A stretch of DNA of 64,000 nucleotides. Source: Alloascoidea hylecoeti (lineage: Eukaryota). Below are positions 45,454 through 56,928 of this stretch, piece after piece. Made by a program: the position numbers and the translations under genes. The DNA lies in the NCBI GenBank assembly GCA_001600815.1, contig BCKZ01000021.1, positions 310,001 through 374,000 on the forward strand. Reading direction: 5' to 3'. The first letter of the stretch is position 1, and every line of letters begins with the position of its first letter. Below the pieces are notes generated by a model. It was not told where the DNA came from. It saw only the letters and a program-made list of their open reading frames with translations, and made no database searches.

Positions 45454-47325
45454 ATGCTTTCTCGACTAACATCTCGCGCATTGAAATTAATACCATATCC
45501 AGAATATCAATTAACTCAAGTCAAACATTATAGAATAAATAATGGCTGTTTATTACCTCGGAAATATCACAACAATTCAGTTAGAAACGAAAACAGGATT
45601 AATATTCGGACTTCTACACCGAAACCAGATAAAAAAAAGGCTGATATTAAAACATTAGGATTTATTCATAAATATGTAAGGGATCCTTCTTATTTTGAAA
45701 CGGATTTTACAAAGCTTAGTGTAGGATATGTTGGAAATTCAGATGTTAATAGAATCAAATCATTTAATATCCTAAAATTAATGCTTGAACCAAATAAATT
45801 ATCTGAATATTCACCAGGACCAGAAATAGTTGAATTAATTATTAAAACTATTATTTGGCATATTAATTTATATCAAAATTCACTTGAACAAGATAAACTA
45901 ACAGGTTTAAGGAAAGAAGCTGTACCTAATATTATTCGACTATCAAAAATGTGTGATTCGTTGTATCAATCTTTATCAAGTGGAAGTATAAAAACTTATG
46001 ATGAGAAAATATTTCAATACCACTTAGAAATGAAATTTATTATTTGTTTTAATAAAGTTAAAGAATATAATAAAGCTTATCAAATATGGCAAGAATCTAA
46101 TGATAAGGAATTATGGTTATATTTACCAATTAAAGAAAGAGAACAACATGTCGCGGTTGGTGTTGATTTGAAAATTTTAAATGGAGAAAATATAAAAAAG
46201 GTTGAGGACTATTATAAAAACAATTCAAAGTATAATAGTTTTGAAGGAACAGTTGCTTTGATTAAAGGATATCTTAAATATAATTATTGTGATAAGGCAA
46301 CTAAACTACTCGAAGAATTAGAAAAATCGATCAATTTAGATAATAATACTTTCAGAGAAGAAATTCTTATGAAATTATATGAATTGTTCATAAAAAATAA
46401 AGGTATTGACCTAAATCAAAGTATCACATATATTAATTTGATTGGTGAATCTGATTTGAAAGTATATCTTAATCATGATTCGTTAGTTAATTTCTTGGGG
46501 AAAGTTGAAAATGATAGCACAATACAACTTGATGATGCAATTAAAATTTGTCTTGGTTCTTATTTTTTATTTACCCAGAATAAAATACAACAGTTTTTGA
46601 AAACCAAAATATTGTTTAACGGTATAATTAATTGTTTATTATCAAAAGTCGAAGATAATCCAACCTCAATTGAAACATTTTGGAATGGTCTAGATTATAT
46701 TTTGGAATCTATCATTCCTTTTCTTCATGGAAACCCTATTGTTTTAGTTTGTGAATGCTTGTTGAAAATCATGAACTCTCCTCAAGCTAAGTTTTTACTC
46801 CCGAAAAATAATATTATGGATAAAGTCGATTCGGTTGCTAAAAAGCTAGACTCTCTTCAGTCACTTTCTACTACTCAACATCTTATGGATTTTCATAATT
46901 TCCGTTTGTATATCCTGACTTACCTCACTCCATCTCCAGAAATTGTTGAAAAAGAATTTAAGGATTTGATGTCATTATATGATCGATCTAAAGAAAAACC
47001 TACTTCTAAACCATTTATTGATTTGACCCATATCCTAACAAAGATAAAAAGTTTAACTAAACAACAAAAAAATGATATTTATATAAGAATGAGGAATATT
47101 TATGGTCCTTATTGCTTGACTGGTAAATTTATGTATAACGCTGATATGACAGCGGTGAAAATTCTTGATAAAGAGCTACAACCTATCCTTCTAAGTGGTT
47201 GGGGGAAAAAAATTAACCAGGAACAAATATTATCTTTCAAATACTTGATTCCTTACAGAGCTAAAATTATGAGGGGAGTGTTTGAAGCACATAATAGAGA
47301 ATTAAATAAAGGAAGGTTATGGTAG
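45454..47325 (+). CDS. Putative mitochondrial alpha-helical (PPR-like) protein
   Basis: 623 aa, presequence-like start (MLSRLTSRALKL) and PPR-like segments such as ALIKGYLKYNYCDKATKLLEEL. Confidence 0.55.
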   Translation: MLSRLTSRALKLIPYPEYQLTQVKHYRINNGCLLPRKYHNNSVRNENRINIRTSTPKPDKKKADIKTLGFIHKYVRDPSYFETDFTKLSVGYVGNSDVNRIKSFNILKLMLEPNKLSEYSPGPEIVELIIKTIIWHINLYQNSLEQDKLTGLRKEAVPNIIRLSKMCDSLYQSLSSGSIKTYDEKIFQYHLEMKFIICFNKVKEYNKAYQIWQESNDKELWLYLPIKEREQHVAVGVDLKILNGENIKKVEDYYKNNSKYNSFEGTVALIKGYLKYNYCDKATKLLEELEKSINLDNNTFREEILMKLYELFIKNKGIDLNQSITYINLIGESDLKVYLNHDSLVNFLGKVENDSTIQLDDAIKICLGSYFLFTQNKIQQFLKTKILFNGIINCLLSKVEDNPTSIETFWNGLDYILESIIPFLHGNPIVLVCECLLKIMNSPQAKFLLPKNNIMDKVDSVAKKLDSLQSLSTTQHLMDFHNFRLYILTYLTPSPEIVEKEFKDLMSLYDRSKEKPTSKPFIDLTHILTKIKSLTKQQKNDIYIRMRNIYGPYCLTGKFMYNADMTAVKILDKELQPILLSGWGKKINQEQILSFKYLIPYRAKIMRGVFEAHNRELNKGRLW

Positions 47326-48336
47326 TGGTAACGATGGTTGGAAAGTGTGTGTAAAGTCTTCTAAATAAATATAGGTTAGATATTGTAATAATATATTGTA
47401 CCATCCATTCAGCCTCACTAACCAATTTTCACACTTCTATATATTATTAGAGTCTATATATTATTTTAGCTATAGCTGATAGCTATAGATCACGCTATAG
47501 AGCGGCCATACCATTAATATATCTAAACAATCGGCACATAATTATTTGTGATAATCACTTTTTAATGATGATTAATTGATATATTATACCAAAAAATTTT
47601 ATAATTATACGTACATACATTGAACCACAACTTGATTGATTTTTTTCGTCTCTCATTAATTTCTAATAGAAACTATTTAAATTAGGAAGTCACACATAAA
47701 GTGAACTCCCATGAAGCTTTAAGTTTTTTGTGGTCATATATGAAAGTGTGTTAGGTACAGCCTCTTTCATATGCACATAATTCTGAAATTGGCATCTTGA
47801 TTATGTACTGTACATCTAGCTAGTGTTTGAAAATTTTTAAACTAAATATTCGGTCACTCCCATCGCTAATTACTTCTTCTAGACTATAGTTATACTGTTG
47901 TATACGTACATATATGGAATGAGCTTGTAGTATTGAGATGTTTAATTAATGAATGGGTAGCCTGAATTAGGTGAAAATACTGTATGACAGGAAATCAGGG
48001 AATAAAACATTAAAAAGCCATTTAAGGTAGTTAAATGAAGTCAACTAAAACATATATTTATAATTTAGCAATAGCATATATCTATCTAATACCTATAACA
48101 GATATCAGCATGGTAGTTTTGAATTAATAAAAATTATGGAGCATCTATAGATACCAGAAAAATCAGTAAACAAACAACAACTTAGTTAAAATATCAGTTT
48201 CAGAAAAAAGCTTGTAAATTAGATATAAATATAGTAGTGTTATAATATACATGTTTTTATCTAGCTATATTTAAAAATTAATTGCAAGAAAAAAAAAGAT
48301 TCATTCCATATTTATCTACCTTAGAAATTTAAAGAT

Positions 48337-49761
48337 TTAAAGACCAGTTTTAACAATGATATTGGCAATAAGAGAGAAAAAGCCGAAAATTCTGCTTGAT
48401 ACCATCTGAAAACATCCTATGCCTACGTTTTCTTCCATAAGACAAGTCTGTACAAATGGACCGATGTCTTTGAAGAAGTTGATTCCATTTACAACGGCAA
48501 AGGCGAGGATGTTAGAGAGTATTTGCAATTGTTGTGGGGTTGGTGGCTTAATTCCATTTGTTGGAAATGGGAATGGAAGATTGGAAGGTAGTGCAAAGGG
48601 GAGGCCTGTACCTGTTGGAAATGGGAATGGAAGATTGGTAGGTAGTGCAAATGGAAAGCCTGTACCAGTTGGCAATGAGAATGGAAGATTGGTAGGCCAA
48701 AATCCTTGATTATCTCTTTTAAGTAATGAAGAATCAGAATCTCCTAGAGCTTCAAGTAAAGGTGATTGTGAAATAATTGATGAAATCTTTGACATTACTG
48801 GAATCTGATAAGTAAAATAGGATATATGACTATTAAAAAGGTGTGTGAATGCGGTCAACGCAAACAAAGCTGAGGGGGGATTAAGTACTTCCAATCCATC
48901 ACAAGAAACCGATCCAGGGGCGCAGACAGCGACATGTTCAGCTTGAACAGGAAATTGGCCACTTCCAAGGAAAACCTTAAGACCATGAGGAGCATACATT
49001 TTCTCTGACGGTAAGGTAGTAACAACATCATAGTCATGTGTATGACGAATAAAACCAGCGAGAACACCTTGAGAAAGCTTTTGGAAGGTACCATTATTAT
49101 CAAAAACGTTATCAATAAGTTGGGATAAACCAGCATCTCCAAATTTTGGTGAACCGTAAGTAAGAACTTTGGTGTTATAGCCAGATTGAGCCAATTGTAA
49201 ACCTGATAAACCAGCAATAGGTCCTGCAATTGAATGACCAAGAACGGTAAGATCTAACCCTGGAATTTTCTTGATCAAGTCAGAAATGACAGGCTCTAGT
49301 TGTTTCCATACCTCTTGGAACGAATCAAGTGCACCTGAATGGACAAGGGCAGAACCAAAATCTCTTTTGTAATGTGTATAGTTTCCAACTGTAGCTGATT
49401 CATATTCTACTAGTTGTGAAGTCTCGTTGTTAAAATACTGAGACGTCTCGGCATCACTTGTAAGAGCAATAACAAGTTCGTTTATTTCATTATTCAAGTA
49501 CAATCCAGCTGTAATGTTCAAAGTAGAAACATTATCAATAACATGAGCCAAAGAATATTTATCAACTGAATCTGTTTGAAAAAGAGAAGTTGATGGGACT
49601 GCGTAGTCATCTGGGTTGGTAGCGGCATAACTCTTACTTTGAATTTCGGCATAAGTTTGCAATGCATCCAATAAATTTGATGCCTTGTCAGATAACAAAA
49701 AGGAGTCAGCCAAAACGACAGAGGAAAATAATAAGGATGAAGCAAGCGATTGAATCTTCAT
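48337..49761 (-). CDS. Secreted class 3 lipase-like protein with C-terminal repeat extension
   Basis: Signal peptide, VHSG, GHSIAG nucleophile elbow, TYGSPKFG, HDYDVVTTLP and H.SYF. Confidence 0.85.
   Translation of the reverse strand: MKIQSLASSLLFSSVVLADSFLLSDKASNLLDALQTYAEIQSKSYAATNPDDYAVPSTSLFQTDSVDKYSLAHVIDNVSTLNITAGLYLNNEINELVIALTSDAETSQYFNNETSQLVEYESATVGNYTHYKRDFGSALVHSGALDSFQEVWKQLEPVISDLIKKIPGLDLTVLGHSIAGPIAGLSGLQLAQSGYNTKVLTYGSPKFGDAGLSQLIDNVFDNNGTFQKLSQGVLAGFIRHTHDYDVVTTLPSEKMYAPHGLKVFLGSGQFPVQAEHVAVCAPGSVSCDGLEVLNPPSALFALTAFTHLFNSHISYFTYQIPVMSKISSIISQSPLLEALGDSDSSLLKRDNQGFWPTNLPFSLPTGTGFPFALPTNLPFPFPTGTGLPFALPSNLPFPFPTNGIKPPTPQQLQILSNILAFAVVNGINFFKDIGPFVQTCLMEENVGIGCFQMVSSRIFGFFSLIANIIVKTGL
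48560..48697 (-). repeat. 54-bp coding tandem repeat (~2.5 copies, PTNLPF.(L/F)PTGTG.PFAL)
   Basis: TTGG(A/C)AATG(G/A)GAATGGAAGATTGG recurs at 48561, 48615 and 48669. Confidence 0.9.
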
Positions 49762-52700
49762 TTTGATTGGTAAATTGGTTGTATATTATGATAATTTTGA
49801 GAGGAAATCTGAGTATATATATATATAAACAAATATATATAAGTAGACTAATATTACCTGACGTTGATGTTATCAATTAATATTGATAGACAGAAATGCA
49901 ATGCTGGTTGCCTCATGGACCTCATATCTAATATTTCTAAAGCTATATACCGGTATAGTATGTCTCTGTATGTTTGTTGAACCAAACCTAAAGGAGGCAG
50001 AGAATGTGAATAATCATTAAAGTTTCTCACATCTCTAAAAGAAATACACTTGCGTAATCCAAAGTTATTCCTGTTTTCAATAACACTGTTGTCAGCGCTA
50101 ATATATAATATTCAAAACAAATAAAGAAAAAAATACTAGAAATGATAATTCAGCTACTTACTTAAGTATTACTATTTGTATCTATTTTTTAATTATGGTA
50201 ATTGTAACACAATAGCCTGTAGGTTCTGTACCTTAATGTGTGATGCGTTGTGTCAATTGCAGTTGTCAAAAGTTAAAAGTGAACTCAAACTATATTAATA
50301 TTATAAACTACTTTATATGGTTGAGCAAAATTTTGCCCGCAACAGTGCAACATTCCGGTACTAATTCACGTTAAGATCTACATCAAATTCATCGTCAATA
50401 CATATCTAAGGGGCTGACATATACTGTAATCTTAAATATATATTGCATAATATCATACTAAGTTCATAGCACTAGCCAAACTGGATAATTATAAACCCGT
50501 GTTATATTTGTGATTAATTAACCAAGCTTTAAAAATTATAAGCATAATATCATTAAGATAAATCTGTTTTCGTCATTCAATACCTAAATCTTGAAATATT
50601 AATTAAAGTGAAAATCATTTGGTTTATAAGACAATATATTTATCATTCATGATCATTTCTCCTACCATTTTATGCTCTCTACGTACTCTAATTAAATTCT
50701 ATAAATATTGTCAAATAAGTTTCTGATATAATATTAATGCTAGTTGATTTCCAAATAATTGCTATTTTATTACCACTTATATACCCAATTAATTATTGAG
50801 AATAGCTTAAAATGTAGCCCAATTTCTCTGGATATAGATCCCATTAATTGTACCGATATCATAAATTAAGACCAATCTCATTGTACCAGTACAATTGTTT
50901 ATTGTTCCTTTTATAATTAGGTATAATATGACTACATACACGTTTATAATTATATTTTATTCCCTATAATTAGGTTTAAGGTTTATATTACATACATATA
51001 GTGCTCTCGGGGCCCATAAATATTAATATTCCTTTAATTTTCCATATGCACATAACAAATTATCATCTATAGATCAAACTTTGACCACATGCATATGCAT
51101 ATAGGCCTACATAAATCAATAATGTGACAATTGAAATGAAGAATGGGTATGGGATAATCCAGATCTATTTTATAATCAAATATAATTAATACTGGAAACT
51201 GAATATATAAGTTATATGTTAACATTATCTAGATCTTCCAACGTTAACTAATATAATCACTAGATATCGTATTGCTCTAATGTGTTAAGTTTATATTTCG
51301 ATAACCACTTTTTCGTTATTGAAATAAACTATAACTAACTTATAATTATAATAGTAAAGAACAGAACCAATCATACAATTTAAATTATATAATTATGGAG
51401 CAGCTTTAGTAACTTATTAATCAAGCTTAAGTGATGACCAGTAAACTATTTATATATGGTCTTTGTTGGCTAGCTATAGCGCGCAATGTAGGAGTCTCGT
51501 TTTATTTGCCCTTACATGCTAATCCAAGTTATATCTGTTTAGTGTCATATAATTTAACATTTTTAACAAATCGTTTATCCCACCTCCGTTTTTGTGTGCA
51601 CATATTAGACAGATTGAAGGATACTCTTGCAATTGAGAAGATTTATAATACTAATATAATATATCTAATATGTTTACTACTAGTACTTGTATTTTTGCTC
51701 AAAACTATATAAATTAAATCTATAATGTGATGTACGATGTACTATATGCTATATGTAGGCCTATATGTAGGCCTAGAAATATAATTGAATGGTCATGATC
51801 ATTATTGAAAGGTCCGCTGCTTCAAATTTGAATTGTATTATAACATATAAGAATTAAAACTAGTTATAACAAATCAAGTTTTACTTATATAATATTACCT
51901 TTAGCTGGACCAAACATTTAAATGTTACTCTTGTCAGAGACCTAGAATTACGTGTTACAAGTCATATAATTGTATGTATTTCAATCACCATATATATATA
52001 ATACCTATTCACAGTTGTGTCGTTCTAGATTTGGTATACGTAAGCGCTTAAATATACGACTTCTATCTATATATAGCTACTTTATATAAACATGTGCATG
52101 TATACAGCTAGCAAAATATATCATATTATCTTTATATATGGATATTAACTAGCTAGTTCAGTCACTAGATCCACCATGTGGTAAAATGATTACATACGAA
52201 TTCCAATGCCCATTCTAGCGTGATAAACAATTTGATCGGTAGCTTATCATCCTCTAGATTTGTAGCTAATTGATATTTTTCGTTCACTTCCATCAAGGAG
52301 TTCGCTCAATTCTTTCTGTCATATGATGTTGAAATAGGTACACCGTTCTCTAGCAATTTTTGAGTCGTGTTCGGTTCAAGTGAAATTTGTCCAAAACATT
52401 TAGCAATTCTAGAATCCCTGTTCCTTGGTTCAAGAGGCCTTAAGTTTCTTTTATGTATCGACATTTACAGGATTTGTAGAGTGAAGAAAGAATAAACGAG
52501 GCTTACAGAATAAGGTAGTGTCCTCTAAATTTAAACATTATTATCGGTTCAAACTCTATAGAAGGACTCTTAAATCATAGAAATTTCCGGTCAATGCTCG
52601 AGCTCTTTAAGTGGCAAATGGGATGGGGTAAAATCACTTGAAGGAAATATATTTACTGTCAATGAAAGAAGGAAGCTTAACTCGGTACCTATAAGATATC

Positions 52701-55485
52701 TTATATCTAAACAAATAATTTGATGGAATACATGTTATAGGTTTGAGGTCTGAACCCTTATGTTTTTAATCTTAGCTTTTCGGGCCCTTGAGGATCCTCC
52801 ATCCCAGGATACAACCTCCTCGAATGTTTTACGACCATATACCATATGGTATATAGTATGGGGTCTTTTCACAAATAAAAGTTACCTATGAATCTTAATT
52901 AACGATATTCCCGACTCAATCTAATGGTTTGATGATTTTTGTTGTGTAATTATTGTGATTTAACATGTAACTAGGGGCCGCCAAAAATAGTAGTATTATT
53001 CCACTAACTATGGAACAAAAGTGGAAGGGATATAAGTTTACACTTCCAGTATATTCATAAGCTCATTACTATTAAAGGTAGGTAAAGTAACTTTTTTTAG
53101 TTTGTAAAAAAAAAATCCCCATTTAAAGTCTGTTGTTTCAAGTAATTGAGCAACAAAATTTAAATGAAATGCAAAAAAAATCTAAATGGAAACAAGCGGA
53201 AATAGAGACTGTAAATGCAAGGGCTCAAATCTCAAGGGTCCTGACTCCTAATGTATTAGGTATTACTAATTTTGTTTGCTTTATGGTTTGATTTTTGGGG
53301 TACTATCTAACGCGACTATTAATCTAGGAGGCGTGGGAATTCTATTTGTGACCAAGGGTTCAGATTATATTTTTATTTATAATAGGTTAATATCGCCCTA
53401 AGATATACATATATCTATAATCAAAAATTGAAATTATATATGTTTTCTGTAACAGCGACAGTGACAATTTATGGTTAATATTATGGGTAATTATAGGAGT
53501 ACAGAGGAAAGCTATAATTATATATTAATATGATCATTAAATATTTGTGTTAAACCATGTTATATAATTATATACTCACAAATCATTTTTATTATTACAT
53601 ATACACGTACACGAAAGGGTGGGGGAGCTAGAAAGATAATGTTTTGAAGAGACTTAAATTTGCAATTGACTTTATTTGAAACTGAGTGTTTTATTAGTAA
53701 TATCGTGCGCATATGCATACTTTAATGCTGATATGCACGCGCAGTTAGATGTTCAATTGAAGCAATTTCAACATAATAATGTTGCAATCTCGAACAGAGA
53801 ATAAAATAAGGTCTATATAGATAGTATGATATACAGACCACTACTTGTATCATACTACTATATTTTTATATATCTTAGACTTAATCATTAATAGCCACAT
53901 ATATTTGATTTTCTAATGACTTATTTAAGTGACTCTCATATGGATTACATACGCGTATACCTTTGTCTATTTTTAATCTATATATGCATAATACAAAATA
54001 TATAATTAGCATTAAATCTCTTCATCATTTCAATTACAATAAATACTCCTAGGCCTGTGAAAGATTAATAATATTATTATTTTTCATTATACATAAATGT
54101 TTATCTTCTGTATCTAGAATTGATTAATTTCCTGTGATTATAGTCAATATAATATTACTAATCAATAGTAACTTATAAAAATGGTTATCTTTCTTCAACG
54201 TTAACCGGTACCTGTATAAATTTACATCAATTAATCTTAGTTAATCAGAATTTAAATATTAATTCGATACATTAAAATTTTGTCTGTATAATATACTAAT
54301 TACAAATGATTTAAATAAAAGTTATGAACGTTGAAAATCAGATAATTAAATAAGTATTTACCTTATCAATATCTACTTTTATTACTTATAATAAGTTAGA
54401 CTCGTGGCAAGCTATTATGTATAATTAATTATCTAGGATATAGAACGTTAAAATGGCACTAAATATTTAATATATGTAACTTTGTAGTTGTATATATAAA
54501 TGTACCACATAAACAACTGTAGACGCAACAACCATATATAATTAATGATGTATATGATGTTTAATTGTATATACAAACATTTATCATGACCATAACTCCG
54601 GAAAATCGTCATTTGTTTTGAAATAAGACAGAGACAATGACAATTGTATCCCTTAATTAGTATTAAATCAACCTATGGCTACTCTGTCTAGGTGCATATA
54701 TACAAATACTTACCGGTAGACTTGAAAGTATAACTAGTACTGGTAATGCTAGCTTAAGGAACAAAGAAGGCCGCCCTTAATATATGTATTCTTGAGCTCA
54801 ATTATAAGAAGGGTTTTATGATTACTCGGATATTAGTACAGTTAACTAGATAATTATTAATATATCTTCTTAAACTTGAAATCCTTATTATTATATTGTA
54901 ATATTAATCGAGTTCAGCAGCATACATCAATATACAGCTATACATAAAAAATCGACATCTGATATTAGTATTATTTTGGGTTGATTGCCATATATCAAAT
55001 TAAAAATATCGTTATCAGATGCATTATACTATAACAACACAATTCCAAACTTAACGCGCGGAAAAATAGAAGTCGAAGCCTATTAAATTATAAGGGCCGG
55101 CACATTATATATAATAATTTTATAAGGATATTATTGATTTGAAATAGTCTTCAATAGCTGGAAAGTAGATTGCACAATCAATTATATCTGATTATGATCA
55201 TAATATAATCGCGATATCTATTATATGTTGTAGGATTTATTATAAAAACTTTATATGTAAAATATTTAATAGAAAATATACAGCTATAGAAATATTTCTG
55301 TCAATATGCAGGCATACATGGTACATTTGAAATGCAGATACTAATATTATAGGTCTAGAGTTAACGACTTTATATTTATATAATTCAGGTCGGTGATCCT
55401 CGAACCGCGTACATGGATATATAATTTCCCCAATTTCCCAAACATCGTTATTGTTCTTATAATCACAGTATTAATTCCATTCAAA

Positions 55486-56055
55486 ATGTCCTTCCAGCTC
55501 CACAACTCAACTCATTCTGAGAGCACTCTCCACCTTGAGCCTGTGCGGTCCCCCGGGGCGGCTACATCGTCATCGGCCTCTTCAGTGTCATTACCCCAAG
55601 ATAGTGAGCTGGCTGCGATTGAAGATCCAATGAAGATAATTGAATGGTACTGCTGTCATTGTGTACAATACTATGGCCCACCTCTCATTAGATATGACTG
55701 TCTGCGTTGTAAGCATATGATGTGCCCTTACTGTGTCAAGAAGAGACAGGGTGACTTACTTAACGATAATAATTCCCCAACTGAGAGTACTTGGTACTCA
55801 TATTCTGATTACGATGAGTATGGCAATATAAGGCGACTCCCAGCCAGATATTTATACGAAGGCCAATATAATACGTTTGGCTTATTAACCAATAATGGCC
55901 CCCACAATAATACAGCTAAACCTAGGCTTCCCTCTTTGCAAATAGATACAACAACATCAGCTAGTCGTCAGCTGTCTAATGGTTCTGATAAGTCCTACCA
56001 AACAGAACTACAGGCGCGTAGATGTTCTTCATCAAATCGAGGTGACACAAACTAG
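55486..56055 (+). CDS. Small hypothetical protein with a Cys-rich zinc-binding motif
   Basis: AAAATG start context, GC content above the flanks, and WYCCHC-x12-CLRCKHMMCPYC. Confidence 0.7.
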   Translation: MSFQLHNSTHSESTLHLEPVRSPGAATSSSASSVSLPQDSELAAIEDPMKIIEWYCCHCVQYYGPPLIRYDCLRCKHMMCPYCVKKRQGDLLNDNNSPTESTWYSYSDYDEYGNIRRLPARYLYEGQYNTFGLLTNNGPHNNTAKPRLPSLQIDTTTSASRQLSNGSDKSYQTELQARRCSSSNRGDTN

Positions 56056-56305
56056 AGAAGCCAGGACGTATTATTACCTCTAATTGAAATGATGGGAAAA
56101 ACTCAAACAATAACAGCAATACGAGTTCATCTTCATCCTTACCATTATATTAGAATCAGCCACAGTGGTGCGACATTATAGCATTAAAACATTACCATAA
56201 TTACTATTTATATTTCTCTTTGTTATCATATTATTTATATGTCAATTTTGATAGATAAGTTACATAAATGCTTACATACTATAATTTTTTTGTCTCATAT
56301 TGAGG

Positions 56306-56344
56306 GCGGGTAACTTTGGCATCGCAAACTTTTCAAAAATTTTC
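56306..56344 (+). promoter_or_regulatory. Ribosome-biogenesis-type promoter: Reb1-like, PAC-like and RRPE-like sites
   Basis: GCGGGTAA (56306), GCATCGC (56319) and AAAAATTTTC (56335) cluster upstream of ALB1. Confidence 0.5.
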
Positions 56345-56505
56345 TTTAGTACTGCTACATTGTTATATATTCTACTTTTATTATAAATTCTATTGTTTTT
56401 ATATTACTATTACAAATCTTTTCTGTCTTTATATACTGGAATTAAATATCACACAGCATTTAACACATCACTTTTACCTTTAATTAATAAATCGAAAAAT
56501 CAAAA

Positions 56506-56928
56506 ATGCCAAACAAGAATTCTGTCAATAAACCTAAGTTATCTCAGATAAGAACTGCAAAATCGATGAGATCAAGTAAGAAAGCTCAAAAATCCAATAA
56601 GCCAAGATCAATTGGTGTTACAACAAAAGCCATTTCTAAAAAGAAATCACAAAAGTTAACACGGAATAAAAATTATAGGTTACAAGAAGAATCCAAAAAG
56701 ACAAAGCTTATTTCAATTGATAATGACGAAATGATAATTGATGGTGATGAAAATGATAAAGCGTTGATTTTTAGTGGTAAAGGGAAACTAAAAACTAAAA
56801 AAATTAGTACTAAAAAATCAGTTCAGGACTTATTATGGTTAAGTGTTGATGATTCAAGTAGCGAGGGTGTGATGAATGTTGATGTTGAAGTTAATGGTGG
56901 TACTACTTTGGGCGGCCCTTGGTTTTAA
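56506..56928 (+). CDS. ALB1: Pre-60S shuttling factor Alb1
   Basis: MP.KNS.NKPKL, ISKKKSQKLTRN..Y and the C-terminal GTTLGGPWF signature. Confidence 0.88.
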   Translation: MPNKNSVNKPKLSQIRTAKSMRSSKKAQKSNKPRSIGVTTKAISKKKSQKLTRNKNYRLQEESKKTKLISIDNDEMIIDGDENDKALIFSGKGKLKTKKISTKKSVQDLLWLSVDDSSSEGVMNVDVEVNGGTTLGGPWF

